A DNA stretch of 60,130 nt, filler included, from Sandaracinaceae bacterium (GTDB lineage Bacteria > Myxococcota_A > Polyangia > Polyangiales > JADJQN01): assembly GCA_947483975.1 (NCBI GenBank). It is 5 parts of 5 records of this genome, joined end to end, with 100 filler letters (N's around TTAATTAATTAA, not from the genome) between each part and the next. Parts side by side here need not be neighbours in the genome. Positions count along the whole stretch, not along the records: positions 36,524 to 48,298 come from CANKOL010000138.1; positions 48,399 to 60,130 come from CANKOL010000139.1; 3 more parts are not named here. One strand, 5' to 3'. The position numbers and the translations under genes were made by a program. Shown piece by piece: positions 43,604 to 52,907 of the stretch. The notes under the pieces are model-generated. The model had not been told where the DNA came from, made no database searches, and worked only from the letters and a program-made list of their open reading frames with translations. Numbering within the stretch: the first letter of the stretch is position 1; each line of letters opens with the position of its first letter.

Positions 43604-44722
43604 TCAGGCGAGCGTTCGCCGAAAGCGCAGCGAGGCGAGCAAGAAGAGCGTGCCGCCGAGCACCGCGAGCGCGACGAGGTTGGGCCACAGCACGTCGAGG
43701 CCCGCGCCCTCGAGGAGCGACTTGCGGAGGAACGAGATGAAGTAGCGGAGCGGGTTCACCAGCGTCAGCGGGCGCATCCAAGAGGGCATCGAGTCGATCG
43801 GAGTCATCGTGCCGCTCAGCAAGATCGCCGGGAGCATCACGAGGAAACCAGCCATGAACGCCTGCTGCTGCGTGCGCGCGAGCGTCGACACGAAGAGCCC
43901 GATCCCGAGGGTGCACATCAAGTAGAGCAGCGTCCCGGAGAGCACGAGCGGGACGCTGCCGCGCAGCGGCATGCCGAAGACGTAGCTGCCCGCGACGAGC
44001 GCGACGCCGAAGTCGACCAGCCCGATCAGCACGAACGGCAGCAGCTTGCCGAGCATCAGCACGCGCGGCGAGAGCGGCGTCACGAGCACCTGCTCGAGCG
44101 TGCCCATCTCGCGCTCGCGGGCGAGCCCCATCGCCATCACGACCGTCGTGATGATCAGCAGGATCATCGCGGCGATGCCTGGGACGATGTACGGCGGCGT
44201 GCGGAGCGACGGATTGTAGAGCACGCGCGGCATCGTCCGCGGGCGCACTGGGACGCGCCCGTGCGCAGCCGCCAGCTCGAGCGCGACCTGCTGAAAGTAG
44301 CGGGCGACGGCGTTCGCCGCGACGCTGCCGCGGTTCGCGTCGGTCCCATCGATGACCACCTGCACCGGCGCCGAACGACCGCGCGCGAGGTCCGCCGCGA
44401 AGCGTGCCGGCACGACGAGGACGACGGCGGCGCCGCGATTGTCGAGCATGGCCTCGGCGGAGCGCTCGTCGGGCACGTCGGCGACGCGCACGAGCGTGCC
44501 GTCCGCGAAGAGCCTGCGCAGATGCGTGCGGCTCGCCTCGGTGCGGTCGTGGTCGACGACGACGGTCGGAACGCGGTCGACGTCGAAGTCCACCGCGAAG
44601 CCGAACACGATCAGCTGCAGCAGCGGTGCGCCGAGCAGCATGAACATCATGCGCTTGTCGCGCACCGTCTGTCGGACCTCCTTGCGCGCGACCGCGAGCA
44701 GCTGAACGAGCCAGATGGGCAC
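43604..44722 (-). CDS. ABC-2 permease (YbhR-like)
   Basis: RKEVRQTVRD, LAREREMGTLEQVLVTP, LLSGTMTPI, NPLRYF. Confidence 0.9.
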   Translation of the reverse strand: MPIWLVQLLAVARKEVRQTVRDKRMMFMLLGAPLLQLIVFGFAVDFDVDRVPTVVVDHDRTEASRTHLRRLFADGTLVRVADVPDERSAEAMLDNRGAAVVLVVPARFAADLARGRSAPVQVVIDGTDANRGSVAANAVARYFQQVALELAAAHGRVPVRPRTMPRVLYNPSLRTPPYIVPGIAAMILLIITTVVMAMGLAREREMGTLEQVLVTPLSPRVLMLGKLLPFVLIGLVDFGVALVAGSYVFGMPLRGSVPLVLSGTLLYLMCTLGIGLFVSTLARTQQQAFMAGFLVMLPAILLSGTMTPIDSMPSWMRPLTLVNPLRYFISFLRKSLLEGAGLDVLWPNLVALAVLGGTLFLLASLRFRRTLA

Positions 44723-44749
44723 TGTCGATCTCCGTGTTCGTTCGGGCGG

Positions 44750-45880
44750 TCAGTCGAGGCGGCGGCGAAAGCGCAGCGCCGCGATCAGGAGCATCGTCGC
44801 GGCGAACGCCGCGAGCGCGAGCAGCTCGCCGCTGAGCTCGGCGAAGCCGTTGCCGCGCAGGAGCACGCCGCGGAGCGCCGCGATGAAGTGCCGCGCGGGC
44901 ACGAGGTTCGAGAAGATGCGGAGCGGCGTCGGCAGGTTCTCGACGGGAAACAGAAAGCCCGAGAGCAGCATCGACGGGAGCATCGAGCTGAGCACGCCGG
45001 CCTGCGTCGCGATCATCTGATTGCGCGCGAGCACGGAGATGACGAGCCCTTGGCCGAGCATGCCGATCAGGAACAGCACGGCGGCCGCGGCGAGCGTCCA
45101 GAGGTCGCCGCGAAACGGCACGTCGAAGACCCACGCGCCCGCGGCGAGCACCAGCAGCACGGCGATCACGCCGAGCACGAGGTATGGCAGCAGCTTGCCG
45201 ACGACGATCTCGACGCGCCCGACGGGCGTGCAGAAGAGCTGCTCCATCGAGCCGCGCTCCCACTCGCGCGCGATGGCGAGCGCGGTCAGCAGCACCGCGA
45301 TGATCGCGAGGATGTACGCGACGAGGCCGGGGACGATCATCAGCGCAGAGCGCCCCTCGGGGTTGTAGCGGATGTAGGTCGCGACCGAGATCGGTAGGCT
45401 CACGCTCGCGCCCGGCGCGGCGAAGCGCGCGGCAGAGGCGCCGATCACGGCCTCGGCCTTCGCGAGCACCTGAATCGCCGTCGAGCCATCGGAGCCGGCG
45501 ACGAGGAGCTGCACGTCGGAGGGCTCGCCGCGCGCGAGCTTGGCCGCGAAGCCGCGCGGGACGACCAGCACGCCGACGGCGTCGCCGCGATGAAACGCCT
45601 GCTCTGCGTCCGCCGCGGAGTCGAGCCCGCCGACCAGGCGCAGATCGCTCGAGGTCTCGAGGGCGTGCGCGACGGCGCGCGAGGCGGGCGTGTGATCTTG
45701 ATCGGCGACGGCGATCGCGAGGTGATCGAGGTCGAAGCTGACGCCGAAGCCGAAGAGCAGCACCAGCACCACCGGCATGACGAGCGCCATGATCATGGTC
45801 TGCACGTCGCGGCGCACGTGGAGCGCCTCCTTGAACGCGACGGCGTAAATTCGCAGAAAAAACAGGCGGATGCCGTTCAC
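44750..45880 (-). CDS. ABC-2 permease (YbhS-like)
   Basis: KEALHVRRD, RYNPE, IAREWERGSMEQL, LLSGFLFPV. Confidence 0.9.
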   Translation of the reverse strand: MNGIRLFFLRIYAVAFKEALHVRRDVQTMIMALVMPVVLVLLFGFGVSFDLDHLAIAVADQDHTPASRAVAHALETSSDLRLVGGLDSAADAEQAFHRGDAVGVLVVPRGFAAKLARGEPSDVQLLVAGSDGSTAIQVLAKAEAVIGASAARFAAPGASVSLPISVATYIRYNPEGRSALMIVPGLVAYILAIIAVLLTALAIAREWERGSMEQLFCTPVGRVEIVVGKLLPYLVLGVIAVLLVLAAGAWVFDVPFRGDLWTLAAAAVLFLIGMLGQGLVISVLARNQMIATQAGVLSSMLPSMLLSGFLFPVENLPTPLRIFSNLVPARHFIAALRGVLLRGNGFAELSGELLALAAFAATMLLIAALRFRRRLD

Positions 45881-46839
45881 TTCGCGCCTCCCGCTGCGGT
45901 CGCCGCGGGGCCCTCAGGCGTCGCGACGGCGGCGAGGAACACGTCCTCGAGGGACGCCTCCGTGACGACGACGCTGACGTCGCTCGCGCCCGCCGCGAGG
46001 AGCGCGCGCGTGACGGCGGCGCCGTCTCCGAGGTCCGCGCCGACGCGCACGTGCAAGCCCGCGCCGAAGGGCTCGACCGCGTGCACGCCGGCCAGCGTGT
46101 CGAGCGCGCGCGCGGCGGGCCCGAGCCCCGCGCCGTGCACCGCGAGCATCGTGCCGGGGACCCACAGCGTCTTGAGCGCGGAGGGAGTGTCGAGCGCGAC
46201 CAAGCGTCCCGCGACCATCAAGCCGATGCGCGCGCAGTACTCGGCCTCGTCCATGTAGTGCGTCGTGACGAAGACGGTCGTGCCCTCGTTCGCGAGGCGA
46301 CGGATCAGGCGCCAAAACGCGCGGCGCGAGGCGGGATCGACGCCCGCCGTCGGCTCGTCGAGGAAGACGATGCGCGGCGCGTGCAGGAGCGCGTTGGCGA
46401 GCGCGACGCGCTGCCGGATGCCGCCCGGCAGGTCGGCGGTGTTCGCCGTGCGCGCGTCGCGGAGGTCGACGAGCGTCAGCACCTCGTCCATGCGCGTCCG
46501 CAGGTGCTTGCCGGACAAACCGTACGCTCCGCCGAAGAACGCGAGGTTGTCCTCGACCGTGAGATCCACGTAGAGCGAGAACTTCTGGGACATGTAGCCG
46601 ATGGCGCGGCGCACCCCGAGCGGGTCGTCGGCGACGCTGTGCCCGGCGACGGTGGCGTCTCCTGTGGTCGGCCCGAGCAGCCCGCAGAGCATCCGGATCG
46701 TCGTGGACTTCCCCGCGCCGTTCGCGCCGAGGTAGCCGAAGATCTCGCCCGTCTCGACGTGAAAGCTGACGTCGTCGACGGCGCGAAAGGCGCCGAAGTG
46801 CTTGGAGAGCCCGTGCACCTCGATGGCGTGCTCGGTCAT
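45877..46839 (-). CDS. ABC transporter ATP-binding protein
   Basis: GANGAGKS, GYMSQKFSLY, FLDEPTAGVDP, TTHYMDEAE. Confidence 0.93.
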   Translation of the reverse strand: MTEHAIEVHGLSKHFGAFRAVDDVSFHVETGEIFGYLGANGAGKSTTIRMLCGLLGPTTGDATVAGHSVADDPLGVRRAIGYMSQKFSLYVDLTVEDNLAFFGGAYGLSGKHLRTRMDEVLTLVDLRDARTANTADLPGGIRQRVALANALLHAPRIVFLDEPTAGVDPASRRAFWRLIRRLANEGTTVFVTTHYMDEAEYCARIGLMVAGRLVALDTPSALKTLWVPGTMLAVHGAGLGPAARALDTLAGVHAVEPFGAGLHVRVGADLGDGAAVTRALLAAGASDVSVVVTEASLEDVFLAAVATPEGPAATAAGGAK

Positions 46840-47777
46840 GACGCGCGCGCCTCTGCGCCCGCCTCTGCGACGGCCTCGTGGTGCGCCGTGCGCGCGAGGA
46901 ACACGTCCTCGAAGTCCGCGACGACGGGCGTCATCCTCGCGCCGAGCGCGGCGAGCGCGACGCGCACGCGCTCGGTGCTGCCGGGCGCGAGCACGACGCG
47001 CAGGCGTGTGCCGGCGGGCGACGCGGCGCGCACATCCGGGTGCGCGAGCAGCGCGGCGTCGACGACGTTGCGGTCGCCGCCGAGCACCTCGAGCACGGGA
47101 TGATCGAGCTCGCGCACGAGCAACTCCGGCGGTCCGTCGGCGAGCACGCGCCCCTGATCGAGCAGGATCACGCGATGGCAGCGCGCCGCCTCGTCCATCG
47201 ACGGCGTCGCGAGCAGCACGCCCATCCCTTGCGCGACGAGCTCGTGCAGGAGCTCCCAGAGCTCGCGGCGACTGACCGGATCGACGCCGTTGGTCGGCTC
47301 GTCGAGGAGCAGCACCTCGGGCTGATGCAGCAGCGCGCACGCGAGCGCGAGCTTCTTGTACATCCCGCCCGAGAGCGCGTCGGCGCGGCGCTCGGTGAAG
47401 GGCGCGAGGCGCGTGATGTCGAGCAGGCGCTTGGTGCGCTCGTCGAAGTCCTTCTTGCGCAGGCCGAAGAGGCGCCCGAAGAACTGCAGATTCTCCGCGA
47501 TCGAGAGGTCGCCGTAGAGGCTGTAGCGCTGCGGCATCACGCCCATCGCCTCGCGCACGGTCGGGTCCTTCGACGGGTCGCGGCCGAGCACGCGCACGGT
47601 GCCCGCATCGGGCGCGAGCAGCCCCGCGAGCACGCGCACGAGCGTCGTCTTGCCGGCGCCGTCCGGCCCGACGAGGCCGACGAGCTCCCCGCGGCGGACG
47701 CTGACGTCGACGCCGCGCAGCGCCTCGGTCTTGCCGAAGCGGCGAAACAGCCCGCTCGTCTCGAGCACCGTGCTCAT
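46836..47777 (-). CDS. ABC transporter ATP-binding protein
   Basis: GPDGAGKT, LSGGM, LLLDEPTNGVDP. Confidence 0.93.
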   Translation of the reverse strand: MSTVLETSGLFRRFGKTEALRGVDVSVRRGELVGLVGPDGAGKTTLVRVLAGLLAPDAGTVRVLGRDPSKDPTVREAMGVMPQRYSLYGDLSIAENLQFFGRLFGLRKKDFDERTKRLLDITRLAPFTERRADALSGGMYKKLALACALLHQPEVLLLDEPTNGVDPVSRRELWELLHELVAQGMGVLLATPSMDEAARCHRVILLDQGRVLADGPPELLVRELDHPVLEVLGGDRNVVDAALLAHPDVRAASPAGTRLRVVLAPGSTERVRVALAALGARMTPVVADFEDVFLARTAHHEAVAEAGAEARAS

Positions 47778-48298
47778 CGCGCGCGCCGCGCCGTGCCCGG
47801 GAGCGTCACCTGCACGGGCATTCCCGGGCGCAGGCGCGTGTTCGGCGTCGTCACGCGGACGTCGACGGCGAACACGAGCCGGTCGCGGTCGGTGCGCGTC
47901 TGCACGTTGCGCGGCGTGAACTCAGCCTCGCTCGAGACGCGCACGACGAGCCCATCGACGTGCACGCCGGGGAGCGCGTCCGCGTCGATGACCGCGCGCG
48001 CGCCGACCCGCGCCGCCGCGAGCTCGGCGTTCGGCAGATAGAACGTCGCGGTCAGCTCGCTCACGTCGACGATGCGCGCGATGGGCGCGCCCTGCGGCAC
48101 GAGCTCGCCTTGCTCGTAGGGCAGCGTCTCGACGGTGCCGGCGCGGGGCGCGTGCACGATGCACTCGTCGACGCGAAGCTGCGCGCGCGTGATGGCCGCC
48201 TCGGTCGCGCGCACGGCGTCATCCGCCGCGGACGCTTGCCCGCGCGCTGCGGCCGCCTGCGCCGTCGCGACGCCGGTCTGCGCGACGCTCGCGCGCCC
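47774..48298 (-). CDS. HlyD-family periplasmic adaptor (YbhG-like), 5' end cut by gap
   Basis: APRAGTV..GELV..G, AEFTPRNVQT, LRPGMPV. Confidence 0.85.
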   Translation of the reverse strand, partial: GRASVAQTGVATAQAAAARGQASAADDAVRATEAAITRAQLRVDECIVHAPRAGTVETLPYEQGELVPQGAPIARIVDVSELTATFYLPNAELAAARVGARAVIDADALPGVHVDGLVVRVSSEAEFTPRNVQTRTDRDRLVFAVDVRVTTPNTRLRPGMPVQVTLPGTARRAR

Positions 48299-48398
48299 NN
48301 NNNNNNNNNNNNNNNNNNNNNNNNNNNNNNNNNNNNNNNNNNTTAATTAATTAANNNNNNNNNNNNNNNNNNNNNNNNNNNNNNNNNNNNNNNNNNNN
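48299..48398. other. Artificial contig spacer
   Basis: 100 bp of N with TTAATTAATTAA. Confidence 0.98.
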
Positions 48399-48574
48399 CG
48401 CCGCCCACCGTCGGGCAGGCGCCCGCGCTCGCCGCGCCGGGCCCCATCCACGCGCGCGGTCACCGCACGCCGCGACCGAGCGGCGTCACGCCGAACGGCA
48501 CGGCAGCGCCGACGACGCCTGAGCCTTCGACCGGTCGTGGCCGGACGGGCGTGCTCTCTCGCGAGGAGTTCTGA
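48399..48574 (+). CDS. C-terminal Pro/Arg-rich fragment of an upstream gene
   Basis: Open frame ending ..GRTGVLSREEF* 2 bp before the next ATG; product not identifiable. Confidence 0.45.
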
Positions 48575-48576
48575 GC

Positions 48577-49554
48577 ATGAATCGAGTGGTCCCCTGCGTC
48601 GCCCTCGCGGTGTTGCTGTCGATCGCACCGCTCGCGCGCGCGCAGGACGCTGCGGCGGCGACCGACGCTGCGGCGCCCGCTGACTACGGCGCGCTGATCG
48701 ACTCGGCGGTCGAGGAATTCGCCGCGGGTCGCTGGGCCGAGGCGCGGGCGCTGTTCGGTCGGGCGCAGGCGATGTATCCGAACGCGCGGGCGCTGCGCGG
48801 CGTGGGGATGGCGGCCTACGAGCTGCGCGACTACGTCGAGGCGTATCGCGCCCTCGGGGACGCGCTCGTCGCGACGCGACGGCCGCTCAGCGCGGAGCAG
48901 CGCGCGCAGGTCGAGGCGCTCCGCGCGCGCACGGAGAACTTCGTCGGACGCTTCGCGCTCGAGCCAGCCGCAGCCGGCGCGACCCTGACGGTCGACGGCC
49001 GCGCGGTGCCGCTCGACCGGACGCTGTTCCTCGGCATCGGCGACCACGAGCTCGCCCTCTTGGAGCCGGCGCGCGCCCCGCGGCGCACGAGCGTCAGCGT
49101 GCGCGGGGGCGAGGTCGACGTCGCGCTCGCGTTTCCGCCGACCGAAGCCCTCCCGGTCGCCCCGCCGACGCCCGGGCCGAGCGTGGCGCTCGGTGATCCG
49201 GATCCCGAGCCGGAGCCGGTCGCCTCGTCGGGCGGGAGCGCCTGGCCGTACGTCTTGCTCGGCGTCGGCGCCGCTGGGACGGTCGCGGGCGGTATCCTCC
49301 TCGGCGTGGGGCTCTCCGACTACTCGAGCGTCAGCGGCGCGACCGCTGGGAGCGCGGAGTGGGCGGACCTCGAGAGCGCGAACGCGCGCACCGTGACGCT
49401 GCAGTGGGCCGGCGGCGCGCTCGCTGGGGTAGGGCTCGCGGCGGTCGTGACGGGCCTCGCGTGGGCGCTCGGCGAACCCGGCGAAGAGGCGCGCGCGCGC
49501 GACGCTTGGGTCTCGTTCGGCCTCGGCTCGGTCGCGCTCGGGGGGCGGTTCTGA
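48577..49554 (+). CDS. Secreted TPR + PEGA-like protein with C-terminal hydrophobic segments
   Basis: Signal peptide, EEFAAGRWAEARALF..YPNARAL (TPR-like), GATLTVDG..GDHEL (PEGA-like), ends in GGRF. Confidence 0.72.
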   Translation: MNRVVPCVALAVLLSIAPLARAQDAAAATDAAAPADYGALIDSAVEEFAAGRWAEARALFGRAQAMYPNARALRGVGMAAYELRDYVEAYRALGDALVATRRPLSAEQRAQVEALRARTENFVGRFALEPAAAGATLTVDGRAVPLDRTLFLGIGDHELALLEPARAPRRTSVSVRGGEVDVALAFPPTEALPVAPPTPGPSVALGDPDPEPEPVASSGGSAWPYVLLGVGAAGTVAGGILLGVGLSDYSSVSGATAGSAEWADLESANARTVTLQWAGGALAGVGLAAVVTGLAWALGEPGEEARARDAWVSFGLGSVALGGRF

Positions 49555-50312
49555 TGCGCCACCTCGTCGCGGTCCTCGTCGTGCTCGTCGTCGTGGCGCT
49601 CGCCGCTTGCGCACCGACGCTCGGAGGCGACGGATTCTACCGTTGCTCGCGCGAGGGGCGCTGCCCGTCGAGCGCGCCGTACTGCCATGCCGATGGCTTC
49701 TGTCGCGTCGGGCCCGCGGCGCTCGGCGACGCCGGAGCGGACGCGGAGGTCGATGCCGGCGCGCCGGACCTGGGCTGGGCGGACCCGTACGCCGACTGCA
49801 TCGACTCCTGCACCGCGGCGGACGAGGTCTGCTATTCGCTGAGCATCCCGACCATCGGCACCGCGGGCTACTGCACGCGCGCGTGCACGACGGACGCGGA
49901 GTGCCCCGCGTACCGCGGCGCGCCGTCGGCGTGTGGTCCCGCGGGCAAGTGCGTCCGCGGCTGCGCTGGTCCGAGCGATTGTCCCGATCCGTTCGAGTGC
50001 ATCTCGGGTCGTTGGGCTGCCGACGGAAGCCTCTCGACGGCCTGCGGGGGCCAGGAGCTTTACGCGCCCTTCAGCGAATACGACGCGTGCGCCACGACGG
50101 ATAGCTGCGAGCGCCCGCTCGAGTGCGTCGATGGGCGCTGCCTACGCCACTGCGGGGACGCGTCCCCGCGCTGCTCTGAGCTCGAGTTCTGCGGCTCGTC
50201 CCCCAGCGCGAGCGCCGTGTGCCTGTTCGCCTGTGACCTCGACGCCACGGCCTGCAACAGCACGTTCCAGACCGCGTGCGATGGGCGTGTGTGCCAGCCG
50301 GCGAGCTGGTAG
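49554..50312 (+). CDS. Cys-rich lipoprotein
   Basis: Lipobox LAAC, many Cys (YCTRACTTDAECP). ATG overlaps the previous stop. Confidence 0.75.
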   Translation: MRHLVAVLVVLVVVALAACAPTLGGDGFYRCSREGRCPSSAPYCHADGFCRVGPAALGDAGADAEVDAGAPDLGWADPYADCIDSCTAADEVCYSLSIPTIGTAGYCTRACTTDAECPAYRGAPSACGPAGKCVRGCAGPSDCPDPFECISGRWAADGSLSTACGGQELYAPFSEYDACATTDSCERPLECVDGRCLRHCGDASPRCSELEFCGSSPSASAVCLFACDLDATACNSTFQTACDGRVCQPASW

Positions 50313-50434
50313 CGCGCGAGGCGTGCGCGCCGGCGTCACGACGCGAGTCGCCCGGCGCCGCCGCGCTCAGCCCGCGAGCTCGAGGCCGCCCGTCAGGTAC
50401 GTGAAGACGAGCACCATCACCGGGTCGCGTCGGG

Positions 50435-51469
50435 TCATCCGCGCGACGGTAGCGAATCGGACGCCGGGGCCGCAAGCACGCGGTCGAGGAACGCGTAGGT
50501 GTCGTTCCAGTGGAGGCGCGCCTGCGGGCGAAAGACGAACGCGTGGAACGCGTGGATCTCGCCCTCGTAGTAGCGCTCGTCGACGTCGACGCCGAGCTTG
50601 CGGAGCGCCGCGGCGAGGCGGCGAGTGTCGTCGAGGATCGGGTCGGCTGTGCCGACGGGCAGGAAGAACGGAGGCAGCGGGCGCGCGGGTGGCGAGCCGC
50701 GCTCGAAGAAGACGAGCGGGTCCGCGAGGTCGTGCGTCCCTTCGACGTGCGCGTGGTGCCGCCCCGCGCCGAGGTACGCCTCCGCGACCTCCTCGAGGCG
50801 GTCCGCGATCACGCGCGGCAGGCGGCGCTTTCGGCGCGTGAAGCGCTGCGCGTCGGTGACCTGGAAGATGCCGCACGCGGGGAGCACCGCGCGGGGCACG
50901 ACGCCGGTGTCGAAGACGACGCGCGCGTGCGGCTCGGGGCGCTCGTAGCAGGCGGCGACGGTGAGCGAGGCGACGAGGTTGGCGCCCGCGGACTCGCCCG
51001 CGAGCACGAGCTGCGAGGGGTCAGCGCCGTACGTCGCGGCGTTGGCGACGACCCAGGCGTAGGCGGCGCAGACGTCCTCGACGGCGGCGGGGAAGCGGTG
51101 CGTCGGGGCGAGGCGATAGTCGACGTTGAACACGACGTAGCCGCGGCGCGCGTAGGCGAGCGCCATCACCCAGTGAGTGTCCTTCGACAGGATGCGGAAG
51201 CCGCCGCCGTGCACGTACAGCAGCGCGGGTCGGAGCCCGGTGCGCGGGTTGGCGCCGCCGCGCGGGCGGTAGACGTCGAGCACGCGCGCGGGGTGCGACG
51301 CGTCGCCGTACGGGAGGTCGTGGAGGACGTCGACGTCGTGCCGTTCAGGCGAAGCCTGCGGGTGCAGGCTGCCGAGGAACGAGGTGCCGCGGAAGAAGCC
51401 ATCGACGACGACCGCGCCTGCGCGGCGTCGAAGCTGCTGGAGGCGCGTCTGCGGGGCGGCGTGGGGCAT
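50435..51469 (-). CDS. HSL-family (Abhydrolase_3) esterase
   Basis: YVHGGGF, DYRLAP.HRFPAAVED, GESAG, DPILDD, EIHAF. Confidence 0.92.
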   Translation of the reverse strand: MPHAAPQTRLQQLRRRAGAVVVDGFFRGTSFLGSLHPQASPERHDVDVLHDLPYGDASHPARVLDVYRPRGGANPRTGLRPALLYVHGGGFRILSKDTHWVMALAYARRGYVVFNVDYRLAPTHRFPAAVEDVCAAYAWVVANAATYGADPSQLVLAGESAGANLVASLTVAACYERPEPHARVVFDTGVVPRAVLPACGIFQVTDAQRFTRRKRRLPRVIADRLEEVAEAYLGAGRHHAHVEGTHDLADPLVFFERGSPPARPLPPFFLPVGTADPILDDTRRLAAALRKLGVDVDERYYEGEIHAFHAFVFRPQARLHWNDTYAFLDRVLAAPASDSLPSRG

Positions 51470-52079
51470 GGCGCCAGTATGCACGGCGCAGGCGCGGGTC
51501 GCCGGGCGTCGCGCCGCGGGGCGCCCCTCGCGGGCCAGCGAGTGCGGCGACCTCCGCAGAGGGGCGCATCACCCGCTGGTTCAACGACAAGCCACGGGTA
51601 CGGACCTGCTCGAGGGGCTGACCGCGCTGTGGAACCTGCACTTGCGCGAGGGCTTGCAGGACGACGGGCAGCGCACATTCTGTCGCTTCGACCTGCGCTG
51701 GGGCGCTCCCAGTGCGTCGACCGACATCGACTACTGCCTGCCGCACCACGCAGCCGGCGCGCCGAAATTGCGGCGTTGGCTGCTGGCGGGCGAGGCGCAG
51801 TCGCTGCTCACCAGCCTCGCGCGGGCGCACCTGCGACTGCTTGAGCGCGGCGGCGGCCAGGTGGCCAATCGCATCTTGGAAGTGGCCGCCCAAGCCGAGG
51901 GGGGCGCGGAGTTGGAGCGCGGGCTTACGCGGCTCACTGGAGGCTGCGTCGGGACGCCGGACGCGCGCTGAGCGCGGGGCGGTCGGAGGCGGGCGCATGG
52001 GGAGTGGAGCCGCGCACGGCGATCCCGACTGAGCCACTCGCGCCTGCAGCAGCCGAACTCGGGTGTTGTCGAATGCCCT

Positions 52080-52907
52080 TCAGAGGTCGGCGCCGACGAC
52101 GAGGTGGGTCGACCAGAACGCCTTTTCCTGAAAGCCAGGGGGCACGGCGGGTCCCAGGTTGACGACCAAGTTGGCCTCGACGCGCCAACGGTCAAAGCGC
52201 AATCGCGCAAACGGCGCAGCGGAGAACTCCACGCGCGCGAGCGAGGGGAGCGCGTAGCCGAGCAGGTCCGCGCTCAGTCCCAGGCGCGCGCCGAGGTCCA
52301 CGCGTCCGTAGAGGCGGGCGCCGAGCGCGACCGTGAACTGCCCAGTCAGGCCGTTCGCCTCGAGGCCCTGGGAGTGTGCCGCGAGCGCACCGTCTAGCTG
52401 GAACAGGAACGGCCCGTCGAGCACCACGCCAGTCTGCAGCACGAGCCACTGAGTGGCGGGGAGGTAGAGCCACGGTTCGAGGTCTCCGTTGGCCGCGAGC
52501 GCGCGCTTGCGGCCTTTGTCCCCGAACTCGTTGTACGTTCCGGACGCGGACGGCACGAGGCCGACACGCACGCTCGGCCGCCAAGCCCCGAACGCGCGCG
52601 ACCAGGTGAGATGTGGATACGGGTTGCCCGGCACGAGCGTGGGCGGCACGTCGCCGTTCACCGCGTGATACACGATGGCCCAGTCGAGCCCCCCAGAGAG
52701 GTCCCCGCTCAGCGGACAGTCGAGGCGCGTCGTCGCCGTGAGGACCTGCACGCGGATGGGCCCCCAGCCGCCGGAATATATGCCGCCGTCCGCCGCGAGC
52801 ACGCAGCGCTGCGGCGGGGGCGCTTGGGCCGCCGCAGGTGCGCCTTGGAGCGCTGCGCCGACGAACACCGCGAGCGCGGCGAGGGCGTCAGAAGCTCGCA
52901 CCGGCAC
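52080..52907 (-). CDS. Hypothetical exported beta-rich protein
   Basis: Signal-like N-terminus ending AAAQA, alternating hydrophobic strands. Start uncertain. Confidence 0.5.
   Translation of the reverse strand: MPVRASDALAALAVFVGAALQGAPAAAQAPPPQRCVLAADGGIYSGGWGPIRVQVLTATTRLDCPLSGDLSGGLDWAIVYHAVNGDVPPTLVPGNPYPHLTWSRAFGAWRPSVRVGLVPSASGTYNEFGDKGRKRALAANGDLEPWLYLPATQWLVLQTGVVLDGPFLFQLDGALAAHSQGLEANGLTGQFTVALGARLYGRVDLGARLGLSADLLGYALPSLARVEFSAAPFARLRFDRWRVEANLVVNLGPAVPPGFQEKAFWSTHLVVGADL

Noticed and set aside
40664..45397. Very long antisense ORFs (also 21127-24378, 13230-16031, 31701-33950 and others)
   Set aside because: Expected stop-poor shadows of high-GC3 genes; they contain no recognisable motifs.
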